Shown piece by piece: positions 15,981-30,938 of a stretch of 64,000 nucleotides of DNA (position 1 is the stretch's first letter; each line of letters opens with the position of its first letter). The position numbers and the translations under genes were made by a program. The stretch is from the human T2T-CHM13v2.0 reference genome, Homo sapiens, in the NCBI RefSeq assembly GCF_009914755.1, contig NC_060929.1; one strand, 5' to 3'. The notes under the pieces are model-generated. The model was not told the origin of the DNA. It searched no databases and saw only the letters and a program-made list of their open reading frames with translations.

Positions 15981-16639
15981 GTAGAATATTCTCCACAAAG
16001 TATAGAATGTGACTGTCTGTTTGTTAATGTTGCTTCCCACAATGTTAACTGTATGATACTTGCAATTTTAAACAGTACTGTCTGATTTTGAGTTCCCCTG
16101 TAGCAGAGCCTGAGACAAGGAGTTATGAGCGGGTAATTTATTTGGAAGGTAATCCCCGGAATCAGGAGTGAGGGTGAAGGGAGAATGAAACAGGGAAGGA
16201 TGAAAACTTGACCAAAGGGTACATTGTTCAGGTCATCATTGTAGGCAGTGGGGATTTGATTTCACTGACATTTCAAGAGAACTGTATAAAATACCTCCTG
16301 AGTTGCTTATGAGGAGAGGCATGCGAGTTTGGCCAATGACTCCAGTCTCCTGCTGTTTGAGGGATTTCCCTCAGGGACAAGGAACTGGCACAACCAAGCA
16401 GAAATGTTATAGGAGTTACTCCTCCCACAACAAATGCTGGCAGCAGTTCCCCAGCATATCCATAGACAGGGTGGAGAGAATCTCAGAAACAAAGCATATA
16501 ACTAAGAATTGCCAAATATTTTAGTCTGTTAGTATAATGAGACATTAAACTCAGCAAAGGGAAGAACACCCAAGGAAGTAGAATTATTAGCAAATAGAAG
16601 AATATGTGAAAGAAATAGAATCATATAATAATTTAGCAT

Positions 16640-17450
<811 letters not shown>

Positions 17451-17459
17451 TTTCATTTT

Positions 17460-17960
17460 TTAAATACTTTTTAATTTTAATTCAATTTATTTTCTTTATA
17501 ATTTCAACTTTTATTGTAGATTCAGGGGTTACATGTGCAGTCTTATTACCTAGGTGTATTGCTTGATACTGAGGTTTGGGGCACGACTGAGCCCATCACC
17601 AGGTACTGAACATAAAATTCAACGGTTAGTTTTTCAACACTTACACCCCTTCCCCGTCTAGTATTCCCCAGTGTCTATTGTTGCCATCTTTATTGCCATT
17701 AGTACCCATTGTTTAGCTCCCACTTACAAGAGATAACATGTGATATGTGGTTTTCTGTTCCTACATTAATTAGTTTAGGATTATGGCCTCCAGCTGCATC
17801 CATGTTGCTGCAAGAACATGATTTTATTTCTTTTTATGGCTGTATAGCTTTCCATTGTGTGTATGTTCCACATCTTCTTTATCCACTCCACCATTAATGG
17901 ACACCCAGGTTGATCCCATGTCTTTGCTATTGTGAACAGTGCTCTTATTCACATAAAAGT
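17460..17960 (-). mobile_element. LINE-1 3' end (L1PB/old L1PA-like)
   Basis: tttcaacttttattgtagattcaggggttacatgtgcag..tttagctcccacttacaag..ggcctccagctgcatccatgttgctgca. Confidence 0.85.
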
Positions 17961-17967
17961 GCATCTA

Positions 17968-20900
17968 TTGAGAACGGGGTATTCATCTCCTCAAGTATTT
18001 ATCCTTTTTGTTTACAAATAACCCAATTACACTCTTTTAGTTATTTTTAAATGCACAATTATTATTGACTTTACCCTGTTGTGCTATCAAATAACAGGTC
18101 TTATTCATTCTTTCTAATTGTTTTTTTGTACTCATTAACCATCCCAGCCTCTCCCCGAGCCTCCCACTACCCTTCTCAGCCTCTGGTAACTATCTTTCTA
18201 CTCTCTATTTCCATCCATTAAATTGTTTTGGTTTTTCAATCCCACAAATAAGTGAGAACATGTAATGTTTGTATTTCTGTGCCTGGCTTATTTCACATAA
18301 CATAATGATCTCCAATTCCATCCATATTGTTCCAAATTACTGATTCTCATCTTTCTTATGGCTGAATAGCACTCTATTGTGTGTATGTACCACATTTTCT
18401 TTATCCATTCATCTGTGGTTGGGCAGTTAGGTTGCTTCCAAATCTTAGCTATTGTAAACAGTATTGTAACAAACGTAAGAGCACAGATATCTCTTCAATA
18501 TACTGATTTCTTTTCTTTTGGGTATATAACCAGCAGTGGGATTGCTAGATCATATGGTAGCTCATTTTTACTTTTTTGAAGAACCTCCAAACTGTTCTCC
18601 TCAGTGGTTTGACTAATTTACATTCTTGCCAACGGTGCATAAGGGTTCCCTTTTCTCCATATCCTTATCAGCATTTGTTATTGCCTGTCTTTGGTTATAA
18701 ACCATTTTAACTAAGTTGAGATGATATTTCATTGTAGTTTTGATTTGCATTTCTCTGATGACCAGTGATATTCAGTACCTGTTTATGTCTCTGTTTACCA
18801 TTTGTGTGTCTTCTTTTATGAAATGTCTGTTGAAATCTTTTGGCCATCTTTTAATTGGATTATTAGCTTTTTCCCTGTGGAGTTGTTTGAGTTCCTTATT
18901 TATTCTGGTTATTACTGTCCTGTCAGATGGGTAGTTTGCAGATATTTTTCTACCATTGTGTGAGTTGTCTCTTCACTTTGTTGATTGTATCTTTTGCTTT
19001 GCAGAAACTTTTAATTTGATGTAATCACATTTGCTTACGTTTGTTTTGGTTGCCTGTGCTTGTGGGGTATTGCTCAAGAAATTTTTGCCTAGACCAATGT
19101 CCTGGAGATTCTCCCCCAAATTTTCCTCTAGTAGTTTCATGGTTTGAGGTTACAGATTTAAGTCCTTAATCCATTTTGATCTGATTTTTGTATGTGGCTA
19201 GAGATAGTGGTCCAGTTTCATTCTTCTGCATTTGGATATCCTATTTTCCTGGCACCATTTATTGAAGATCTGTCTTTTCCCCACTGTATGTTTGGGGCAC
19301 CTTTGTCAAAACAACTTCACCATAAATGTGTGGATTTGGTTCTGTATTCTCTATTCTGGTCTGTTGGTCTATATGTCTATTTTTATGCCAGTGCCATGCT
19401 GTTTTGATTACTATAGCTCTGTAGCACAATTTTAAGTAATGTGATTTCTCCAGTTTTGTTCTTTTTGTTTAGAGTAACTTTGGCTATTCTGGGTCATTTG
19501 TGGTTCCACATAAGTTTTAGGATTGTTTTTTCTATTTCTGTGAAGAATGTCATTGGTATTTTGGTAGGGATCACACTGGATCTGTAGATTGCTTTGGGTA
19601 GTATGGACATTTTACCAATATCGATTCTTCCAAGCCGGGAACATGGAATATTTTTTCTTTTTTTTTTTTTTTTTGGTGTCCTCTTCAATTTCTTTCATCA
19701 ATGTTTTATAGTTTTCCTTACAGAGATCTTTCACTTGTTTGGTTAAGCTAATTCTTAGGTATTCAAATTTGTGTGTGGCTATTGTAAATGGGATTACTTT
19801 TTTATTTTTTTTCACATTGTTCACTGTTGTCATATAGAAATGCTACTGATTTTTGCATGTTGATTTTGTATCCTGCAACTTTACTGAATTTGGTTATCAG
19901 TTCTCACAGTTCTGTTTGTGTGTGTGGAGTCTTTAGGTATTTCCAAATACAAGATTATATCATATGCAAATAATGATAATTTGACTTCTTCCATTCCAAT
20001 TTGAATGCCCTTTATATCTTTCCATTCTCTGATTTCTCTAGCTAGGACTTCCTGTACTATGTTGAATAACAGTGGTGAAAGTGGCATCGTTGTCATGTTC
20101 CAGATCTTAGAGGAAAGACTTTTAGTTGTTCCCCATACAATGAGATACTAGCTGTGAGTCTGTCATATATAGCTGTTATTATGTTGAGTCATGTTCCTTC
20201 TTTTTTTAAATATTTTATTTTAAGTTCCAGGATACGTGTGCAGGATGTGCAGGTTTGTTACACAGGTAAATGTGTGCCATGGTGGTTTGCGGCACCTATC
20301 AACTCAATTACCTAGGTATTAAGCCCCACATGCATTAGCTATTTTTCCTGATGCTCTCCCTCCCCCTCCCCCTAACCACTCCCAACAGACCCCAATATGT
20401 GTTGTTCCCCTCCCTGTGTCCGTGTGTTCTCATTGTTCAGCCCCCTCTTCTAAGTGAGAACATGTGATGTTTGGTTTTCTGTTCCTGCATTAGTTTGCTG
20501 AAGATAATGGCTTTGAGCTCCATCCATGTTCCTCCAAAGGATATTACCTCATGCCTTTTTATGGCTGCATAGTATTCCATGGTATATATGTACCACATTT
20601 TCTCTGAGAGTTTTTATCATGAAGGGATGTTGGATTTTATCAAATGCTTTTTCAGTATCAATTAAAATGATCATATGGTTTTTATCCTTCGTTCTGTTGA
20701 TATGATGTATCACATTGATTGATTTGCATATGTTGAATCATCCTTGCATTCCAGGGATAAATTCTACTTAGTCTTGATGAATGATCTTTCTAATATATTG
20801 TTAAATTCAGTTTACCAGTATTTTGTATTAATATTCATCAGAGATATTGGCATATAGTTTTCTTTTTTTGATGTGTCTTTGTCTCATTTTTGGTATTAGG

Positions 20901-21410
20901 GTAATACCAGCCTTGTTGAATGACCTCGAAAGTATTCCTTCCTCTTCTATTTTTCAGAATAGTTTGAATAGGACTAGTATTAGTTCTTCTTAAAATGTTT
21001 GGTATAATTTAGCAGTGGAGCCATCTGGTTCTGGGCTTTCTTTTAGCAGGAAACTTTTTATTACAGCTTTGATCTCATTACCTGTTATTGGTCTTTTCAG
21101 GTTTTGGACTTCTTCATGGTTCAATCTTGGTAGGTTGTATGTGTCTGGGGATTTGTCCATTTCTTCTAGGTTTTCCAATTTATTGGCATATAGTTGCTCT
21201 TAGCCTCTAATGACCATTTAAATATCTTTAGTATTAGTTGTAAAGTTTTATTTTCCATTTCTTATTTTATTTATATGGATCTTCCCTCTTCTTAGTTAGA
21301 CTGACTAAAGGTTTGTCAATTTTAAGTTTTCAAAGAACTTTTTGTTTCATTGATTTTTTTTCTTGTTTTTTTATTTCAATTTGATTTGTTTCTTCTCTGA
21401 TCTTTATTAT
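17968..21410 (-). mobile_element. LINE-1 (L1MA-like) 3' UTR plus ORF2, 5'-truncated
   Basis: Antisense ORF2 peptides in the ORF track ([36 protein letters not shown]; [17 protein letters not shown]). Confidence 0.9.
20200..20604 (-). mobile_element. L1PA (PA7-PA10-like) 3' end nested in older L1
   Basis: ttttaagttccaggatacgtgtgcaggatgtgcaggtttgttac..gtgtgccatggtggtttgc. Confidence 0.9.
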
Positions 21411-21411
21411 T

Positions 21412-24400
21412 ACCTCATCATGGTTTTGATTTGCATTTCTCTGATGATTAGTGATGTTGAGCATTTTTTCCTATAACTGTTGGTCATTTGTATGTTTTCT
21501 TTCAAGAGATATCCATTGTGATAGTTAATATTGAGTGTCAACTTGATTGGATTGAAGGATGTAAAATATTGTTCCTGGGTGTGTCTGTGAGGGTGTTGCC
21601 AAAGGAGATTAAAATTTATGTCAGTGGACTGGGAGAGGCAGACCCACCCTCAATCTGGGTGGGCACCATATAGTCAGGTGCCAGTGCAACCAGGATAAAA
21701 GCAGGCAGAAGATCGTGGAAGGACCTAGACTGGCTGAGTCTTCCAGGTGTCATCTTTCTCCTGTGCTGAATGCTTCCTGCCCTCAAACATTGAACTCCAA
21801 ATTTTTCAGCTTTTGGACTCTTAGACCTATACCAGTGGTTTGCCAGGGAGTCTCAGGCCTTCGGCCACAGACTGAAGGCTGTACTGTCAGCTTTCCTACT
21901 TTTGATGTTTGGGATTCGGACTGGCTTCCTTGCTCCTTAGCTTGCAGATGGCCTATTGTGGGACTTCACATTGTGATTGTGTGAGTCAATACTCCTTAAT
22001 AAACTCCCTTTCATATATACGTCTATCCTATTAGTCCTGTCCCTCTAGAGAACCCTAACTAATACATCTATTCAGCCAAGTTGCCCATTTTTAATTGAAT
22101 AATTTTTTTTGCTATTGATTTGAGTTCCTTATATATTCTGGTTATTAATCCCTTATCAGATGGATAGTTTGTAAATATTTTCTCCCACTTTGCAGGTTGT
22201 CTTTTCACTTTGTTCACTGTATCATTTGCTGAACAGAAGCTTTTCAAATTGATGTAATCTCATTTGTCCATTTTTGCTTTATTTTCCTTTGTTTTTCAGG
22301 TCTTACAGAAAATTTTTTGCCCAGACTAATGCCCTAGACCATTGTCTCAAGGTTTTCTGCTAGTAGTTTCAGAGTTTCCAGTTTTAGATAGAAGTCTTTA
22401 ATCCATTTTTATTTGATTTTGGTATACAGTGAGAGATAGGGATCTAGTTTCATTCTTCCACATATGGTTAACCAGTTTTCCCAGCACCATTTATTGAAGA
22501 GACTATCCTTTCCTCACTGTATGTTTTGGTGCCTTTGTTAAAAGTGAATTGGCTGTAAATGCGTGGATTTATATTTAACTTCTCTATTCTGTCCAGTTGG
22601 TCTATGTCAAGAGTGTGATGTATCCTGCTTTGTTCTGTTTGCTCAGAATTGCTTTGACTATTTGGGGACTTTCGTGGGTCCATATAAATTTTAGGATTAT
22701 TTATTTTATTTCTGTGAAAAAGGACATTGGTATTATATTGAGATTGCATTGAATCTGCAAGTTGTTTGGGGCAGAATTTTCATTTAACAACATTAATTTT
22801 TGATCCATCAGCATAAAATACCTTTTCATTTTTTTGTGTCCTCTTTTCAATTTCTTTCATCAGTGTTTTATACTTTACCTTTTATAGAGCTTCCTCTTCT
22901 TAGATTAAATTGATTTCTAGATATTTCATATTATTTGTAGCTATTATACATGGGATTAATATCTTCATTTTTTTCAGAGTGTTAGCTGTTCACAGATTTA
23001 AATGCCACTGATTTTTGTAGGTTGATTTTGTATCTTGCAACTTTGCTGAATTCCTTTATGGAATTAACTAACCTGTTATTGGTGGAGTCTTTATGTTTGT
23101 CTAAGTATAAAGTCAGGTCATCAGCAAACAAAGCTAATTTGACTTCTTCCTTACTAATTTGAATGCCCTTTATTTCCTTCTCTACTCTGATTTGTCTGCC
23201 CAGGACTTCAAGTATTATGTTGAATAAAAGTGATGACAGTGGGTACCGTGTCTTGTTCCATATCTTGAAGGAAAGGCTTTCAATTTTTCCCATTCAGTAT
23301 GATGTTAGCTATGGGTTTCTCATAGATGGCCTTTATTAGTTTGAAGTGTGTTCCTTCTTTATCTAGTTTGTTGAAGGTTTTAATCATAAAGTAATGTTAA
23401 ATTTTATCAAATAATTTTCAACATCTATTGAAATGATCATAAGTTTTTTGTTCTTGGTTTTGTTAATGTAATGTATCACATTTATTGATTTGCATATGTT
23501 GAACTATCATTCATTCCTGGGATGAATCTCACTTGATGATGGTAAATGATCTTTTTAATGTGCTGTTGAATTCTCCTTGCTAGTATTTTGTTGAGGATTT
23601 TTGCATCTCTATTCATCAGAGATATTGGCCTCTAATTTTCTTTCTTTTGGTTGTGTCCTTGTCTGGTTTTATTATCAGGGTAGTTCTGACCTCATAGAAT
23701 AAGTCTGGAAGTATTCCCCCATCTTAAATTTTTTTGAAGAGTTTGAAAAGTGGTGTTAATCCTTCTATAAATATTTGCTACAATTCTGCAGTGAAGCCAT
23801 CCGGTCCTGGCATTTCCTTTGGTGGAAGACTTTTTATTATGGCTTTGATCTCATTATTCATTATTGGTTTGTTGAGGTTTTTTATTTCATCATTTGCTTC
23901 AATCTTGGTAGGTCGTACGTGTCCAGGAATTTACCCATTTCTTCTGGGTTTTCCTATTTCTTGGTATGTAGTTGTTCCTAATAATCTCTAGTGATTTTTT
24001 TGTATCTCTATGGTCTCTCTTATATCTCCGTTTTTGTTTTTGATTTTGTTTATTTGGGTTTTCTTTCTTTTTTTCTTAGTCTAGCTAAACGTTTGTCAAT
24101 TTCATTTGTCTTTTCAGAAAATCAATTTTTTGTTTTGGTAATCTATTTTTATCTCCGTTTTATTTATTTCTGTTCTGATATTTATTACTTTTTTCCTTCT
24201 ACTAATTTTGGGTTTAGCTTGTTCATGCTTTTCTGTTTACTTCAGATCTATCATTGGATTATTTATTTGAAGGCTTTCTACTTTTCTGATGCAGGCATTT
24301 ATTGCTATAAATGTTCTTCTCAGTACTGTTTTTGCCATATCCCATAAATCCTGTATGTTGTATTTTCCATTTTTGTTTGTTTTAAGAAATGTTTAAATTT

Positions 24401-27392
24401 CCCTCTTAATTTCTTCATTGATTCATTGGTTGTTCAGGAACATGTTTAATTTCCATGTGTTTGTGTATTTTCCAAAGTTCCTTTTGTCATTGATTTCCAG
24501 TTTTCTTCCACTGTAGTCAGAGAAGATAGTTAATATGATTTCTGTATTTTTTAACTTGTACAGACTTGTTTTCTATCCTAAACTATAACCTGTTTTGGAA
24601 AATGTTACACGTGCTGTTGGAAAGAATGTGTATTCTGCAGCAGTTGAGGGAAGTGTTCTGTAAATGTCAGTTAGGACTATTCAATCTAGTATATAGTTTA
24701 ACTTCACAGTTTCTTTGTTGATTTTCTGTCTGGATGCTCTGTGCATTACTGAGAATGGGGTGTTAAAGTTCCCCACTATTATTGTATTGCAGTCTATCTC
24801 TCTCTTTAGATCTATTAATGTTTGCTTTATATACTTGAGAGCTTCGGTGTTGCTGCCTAGATATTTATAATTGTTATAAACATAAATTGACTCCTTTATT
24901 ATTATATAGTATTCTCCTTTGTCTCTACAGTCTTTTACTTATAGTGCATTGTATTTAAGTATAACTGCTCCTACTCTTTCTTGGTTTTCAGTCACATGGA
25001 ATATGTTTTTTTACCTCTTCACTTTCAGCCTATATGTATCCTTTCCTTATAGATGAAGTGGGTTCCTTGCAGGCAGCATATAGTTAGGTCTTCTTTCTTT
25101 ATCCATTCAGCCACTCTATGCCTTTTCATTGGAGAATAGAGTCCATATTTACATTCAGCATTATTATTGATGAGTAATACTGACATTTTTGTTGATTATT
25201 TTCTGGTTGCTTTTTAACTCCTCTTTTCCCTTCCTACTTTTTTATTGTCTTCCTCTGTGGTTAAGTGATTTTCTCTAGTGGTATGTTTTTATTTGTTGTC
25301 ATTTATGTTTAGCAAATCTATCATAGATCTATTGTGATTACCATGAGGCTGACAAAAAACAACTTATAAACATAACATGTTATTTTAAAGAGATGACAAC
25401 TTATCTTAAATCACAAAGAAAAGAATAGAAACAAAGAATGTAAAAAAGAAACCCTTTACATTTTAACTCTGTTTCCCCCACATTTTTACTTTATGTTGTC
25501 TCAATTTACATATTTTATATTTCCTTTCTCTTACCAGGTTGCTATAGGTATTATTGGTTTTGATACACTTATCTACTGGTCTTCATACTAGAATTATGAG
25601 AAGATTGCACACCATAATTACGGTATTAGAGTATCCTAGATATATCCATGTATTTAATTTTACCAGTGGTTTTTATACCTTCAGATGTTTTCTTATTGCA
25701 TGTTAGAGGTTTTTTTATTCTTTCAGATGGAAGATTTCCTTTTAGCCTTTCTTATAAGATGGTGAATTATCTCTGCTTTTGTTTGTCTGGAAAAGACTAT
25801 CTATCCTTCATATTTGAAAGATAATTTTGCTGTATTCATGAATGGCAGGGTTTTTTTTTCATACTTTGAAAATCTCACCTCACTCTCTCCTGGCTTGTAT
25901 GGTTTCCATTTAGAAGTATGTTCCTAGAGAAATTGGATGTCCTTTAAATGTTATTTCCTTTTTTTCTCTTTTTGCTTGTAGAATCCTCTTTGTCCTTGAC
26001 CTTTGAGAGTTTGATTATTATGTGCCTTGGAGTAATCTTATTTAGGTTACATACTTCTTGTGTTCTTTAATCTTCCTGTACTTGCATGTTTATCTCTTTC
26101 TCAAATTTTGGGAAATTTTCTGTTATTATTTCTTTGAATAAACTTTCTACCTTCTGCTCTTGCTCAACTCCCTCTTGAACACAAATATTTCTTAAGTGTG
26201 GTCTTTTCAGGCAATTTTCTTTACCTTATAGGTAATCTTGATTCCTTTCCATTCTTTCTTCATTTTTCTCCTTTGTATATTTTCAGATAGACTGTGTTTG
26301 AGCTTCCTGCTTCTTTCCTCTGTTTGATTCATTCTGCTGTTGAGAGCCTCTAATAAAATTTTCAGATTAGCAAGTGTATTTCTCAGTTCTAAAATTATTT
26401 CAATCTCTTTAAGTGTTTCTGATAAATTTCTGAATCAATTTTCTATGCTATCTTAGAAATCACTGAGCTTCCTTAAAGGTGCTATTTTGAATTACTGTTC
26501 AGGGATTTTGCATAGGGTTGATCACAGGTTCCTTGCTTGTCTGTTTGAGGAGGTCATGGTTCCTTTGTGGAACTATGGTTGTTTCTTGTGGATGTATGTC
26601 TATGTTTTTGCATTGAAGAATTAGTTAGTTATTCCAGTCTTCTCTGCTTGGCTTGTTTTGGTCTTTATTGGATACATTTGCTAAGAGATTCTTTGTAATT
26701 AATCTGTTGATTTTATTTTTTTTTACTCTAGGTCACTGCCTCCTTTTTGGCAGTAGATGGTGCCTTAAGCCCAGGTTTGCCTATTTCTAGTAAACAGTCA
26801 GACTGCCACCTGTTTGGAATAAGAGAGGTGCCAAAGAGGGTATTCCAGTAGTGTGAAAGGCTGGCTAGATGGTGCCCAGGGGACCAGTGGAACAAACATT
26901 TTACAGCATGGTGCTGCTCATCAGCCACTCTGATTTGGCATTGCCTTTGGCCAAGTTAACAGTTTCCAGGGCTGGGGATGGTAGTCCCACCCACCCCCTC
27001 TGTCTCTGGCTGTCCTCAGAAATATTTTTTTCTTCTGACACTTCCAGTCCTTCCCTCGGCTAGAAGCAGGGACAGATTTCCTGCTGGGAAATAAGGTAGT
27101 GCAGAAGCTTGTTGTTTAACTCTTTTGCCAGTGTAGAAAATGTGAAAGCGTTTTCCATGTGTTTGGTGCTTAGCAATTGGGGGAAGGGGCACTGCAGATA
27201 TAAAAGTCAGATTCTCTTACCATCTGCTCAGAGTTTTTTTACTTTTCTTTGGCTCCAGATACTGTCTCATCCTCATGCTTATTTCCTAGGATTTTCCTGG
27301 TGATAATGTCAGTGCCGTATGTTTGGTTTTGGTTTTCTTTGTGGGAGTAATGAAGCCAGCTAGCTTCTAAGCCACCATTTTGAAAGCAGAGG
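21412..27392 (-). mobile_element. Long old LINE-1 spanning ORF2, ORF1 and 5' UTR, degenerate, split by an MLT2 LTR
   Basis: Continuous antisense L1 (ORF track PLSSLLFNIILEVL.R.IR.EKEIKGIQI.KEEVKL.LFADD; endonuclease region near 24600-25150); ends in L1 5'-like ..caaaatggtgg on the minus strand. Confidence 0.85.
21517..22066 (+). mobile_element. MLT2A (HERV-L) solo LTR, 550 bp, MLT2A2-like
   Basis: tgtgatagttaatattgagtgtcaacttgattggattgaaggatg ... tctagagaaccctaactaataca; TG..CA ends; TSD tccat / tctat. Confidence 0.92.
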
Positions 27393-27409
27393 TTCCACCT
27401 CAAGCGTCT

Positions 27410-28390
<981 letters not shown>

Positions 28391-28439
28391 CATTTCGAAA
28401 AAATGATTGGTCATTGCTTAAAACCAAAGCATTATAACT

Positions 28440-28665
28440 CTGAGATGAGAATTCCTGTGTGGCACAAGCTCCCACATGTGATGAGCAGGTGCAATGTTGT
28501 GTATGCATATGTGTATATATCATAACATAATCATGGGAGTGACATTCCATCACCTTTGCCATATTCTGTTTGTTAGAAGCAAGTAACAGGTCCCTCCCAC
28601 ATTCAAGGGGAGCAGATTATCCAGGGCATGAGCATAGGAAGTTATCTAGGGTTTGTCTGCTACAT
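28440..28665 (-). mobile_element. MLT1 LTR fragment
   Basis: gggagtgacattccatcacctttgccatattctgtttgttagaagcaagt..cccacattcaagggga. Confidence 0.65.
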
Positions 28666-29109
28666 ACCAGCGTGTTTTCTGACATCTATCTAAATGTAAA
28701 TAGTAACAACTTGCTCTCTGCCAAATTATCCTTCCATTAACGTCTTTGATAATTTCAGTAAATACCTAGTAAAATTAACTAAAATCAGGTGAGTAATAAG
28801 TGTAGCTCAAAAATTTCATTCTGAAAAAGCACTCACAAGAATAAATATAAATATTTGTGCATGGAAACACATACACATACAAATACATGCCAAATGTATT
28901 ACACCACCAGTGCTACGAATGATTATAATCCAAATAGTTTCAAAATCACAATTCATCCTTATACTGAGAAAATGGATTGAAGGAAGAAAATCATCTGATG
29001 ATTTATTCCATCATTTTTCCAAGTCTTCTACCAGTTTCCTAGTCTTTGACCAATTTCCCTATTTTTACCGGTCATAATTCTTTTTGCTGAATTATCTGGC
29101 TATCAGGCC

Positions 29110-29656
29110 ATGATGGTTAATTATGTGTCAACTTGACTAAGTTAAGGAATGTTTGGATAGCGGATTAAACATTATTTCTGGTAGTGTCTATGAGGGTGTT
29201 TCAGGAAGAGATTAGAATTTGAATTAGTACACAGAGTAAAAAAGACCTATCCTCACTTGCACGGATGGGCATTATCCAATTCGTTGAGGGCCCAAATAAG
29301 AGAAAAAGGCAGAGGAAAGGTGAATTCTCTCTCCCTTTTTGAGCTAAGACATCCATATTCTCCTGCGCTTGAACATCAGAGCTCCTGGATCTCCAGCATT
29401 TGCACTCTGGGACTTACAACCAGCAAGCTCCCTGGTTCTCATGGGGGCTTTGGACTTGGACTGAATTACACTACCAGCTTTCCTCGTTATTTAGCAGATT
29501 TAGGAGACTTCTCTGTCTCCATAATCATGTGGAGACATAATAAACCTCCTCATATACATGTGTGTGTATATGTATATATATGTGTGTGTGTGCATATATG
29601 TATGTGTGTGTATATACATGTGTGTGTGTATATATATGTATATATATGTGTGTGCA

Positions 29657-29706
<50 letters not shown>

Positions 29707-29740
29707 CATATGTTCTGTTTCTCTGTAGAACCCCAATATG
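29110..29740 (+). mobile_element. MLT2 (B/D-like) ERVL LTR with internal microsatellite
   Basis: tgatggttaattatgtgtcaacttgact..aaacattatttctgg..tgtttctctgtagaaccc. Confidence 0.85.
29551..29711. repeat. Compound (TA/TG/CA)n microsatellite ending in a pure (TG)n run
   Basis: Directly visible. Confidence 0.97.
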
Positions 29741-29784
29741 CCAGGTCAAGTGTACATTTCACCTTGTCTTATCAAACTACTTTC

Positions 29785-30495
29785 CAAGTATTTTTATAGT
29801 TTCAGATCTTATGTTTAAGTCTGTAATTCATCTTGAATTGATTTTTGTATATGATGAGAGACAGCTGGTCCAGTTTCATTATTTTGCATATGACAATCAA
29901 ATTTTCCCAGCACCATTTATTGCAAAGGGTACCCTTTCCCCAGTGTAGTATGTTTTTGTCGATTTTGTGAAAGATCAGTTGGTTAGATATGTGGCTTTAT
30001 TTCTGGTTTCTCTATTCTGTTCTCTTGGTCTATGTGTCTATTTTTATATCAGTACCATACTGCTTTGGTTATTATAGCCTTGTGGTATAATTTGAAGTCA
30101 GGTAATATGATGCCTCAAGCTTTGTGCTTTTTGCTTAGGATTGCTTTGGCTATTGGGGCTGTTTTTTTGTTTCACATGAATTTTAAGATTTTTTTTCTAA
30201 GTTTATGAAAAATTCCATTGGTATTTTGATAGAGATTGCATTGAATCTGTAGACTGCTTTGGGCAGTATGGTCATTTTAATGATATTAATTCTTCTGATC
30301 CATGACCATGGAAGATTTTTTCATTTGTCTGTGTCACCTACAATTTCTTTCATTAGTGCTTTGTAGTTTTCCTTGTAGAGAGCTTTAAAACCCGTGGTTA
30401 TATTTTTTCCTACATAATTTTTTGCAGTTATTGTAAAGGAGACTGACTTCTTGATGTGTTTCTCTGTGTGATGATTATTCATGTACAGAAATGTG
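29785..30495 (-). mobile_element. LINE-1 ORF2 fragment, antisense
   Basis: tttttatagtttcagatcttatgtttaagtc..gtataatttgaagtcaggta..gattgcattgaatctgtaga. Confidence 0.9.
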
Positions 30496-30514
30496 TATTC
30501 ATTAACACTTGATT

Positions 30515-30938
30515 TAATAAAGAAAATACGGTGTGTATCTATAAATACACACACACACACACACACACACAACATAAAATACTATTCATCATAAAAAAGA
30601 ATGAAATTCTGTCTTTTGTGGCAACATGGATGGAACTGGAGGCCATTATCTTAAGTTAAACAGCTCAGAAACGGAAAGTCATATACCACATGTTCTTACT
30701 TATAAATGGAAGCTAAATAATGTGTGCACATGGACACAGAGTGTGAAAAGATAGACACTGGAGACTTGGAAGGGTGAGAAAAGTGAGGGGGAGTGAGGGT
30801 TGATAAGTTACTTAATAGGTACAACGTACATTATTCAGGTAATGGATATATGAAAAGCCCAGGCTTCATCACTATGCAATATATCCATGTAGCGAAACTG
30901 CACTTGTACCCCTTACATTTGTACAAATTTTTTAAAAC
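30515..30938 (+). mobile_element. L1MA-like 3' end with (CA)n at 30547-30571
   Basis: taaagaaaatacggtg..gcaacatggatggaactggaggccattatc..cactatgcaatatatccatgt. Confidence 0.9.

Noticed and set aside
17968-27392. Active or intact LINE-1
   Set aside because: ORF1 and ORF2 are broken into short fragments and interrupted by nested elements.
29257-29948. CV/HT-repeat ORFs
   Set aside because: Translations of a dinucleotide microsatellite within an MLT2 LTR.
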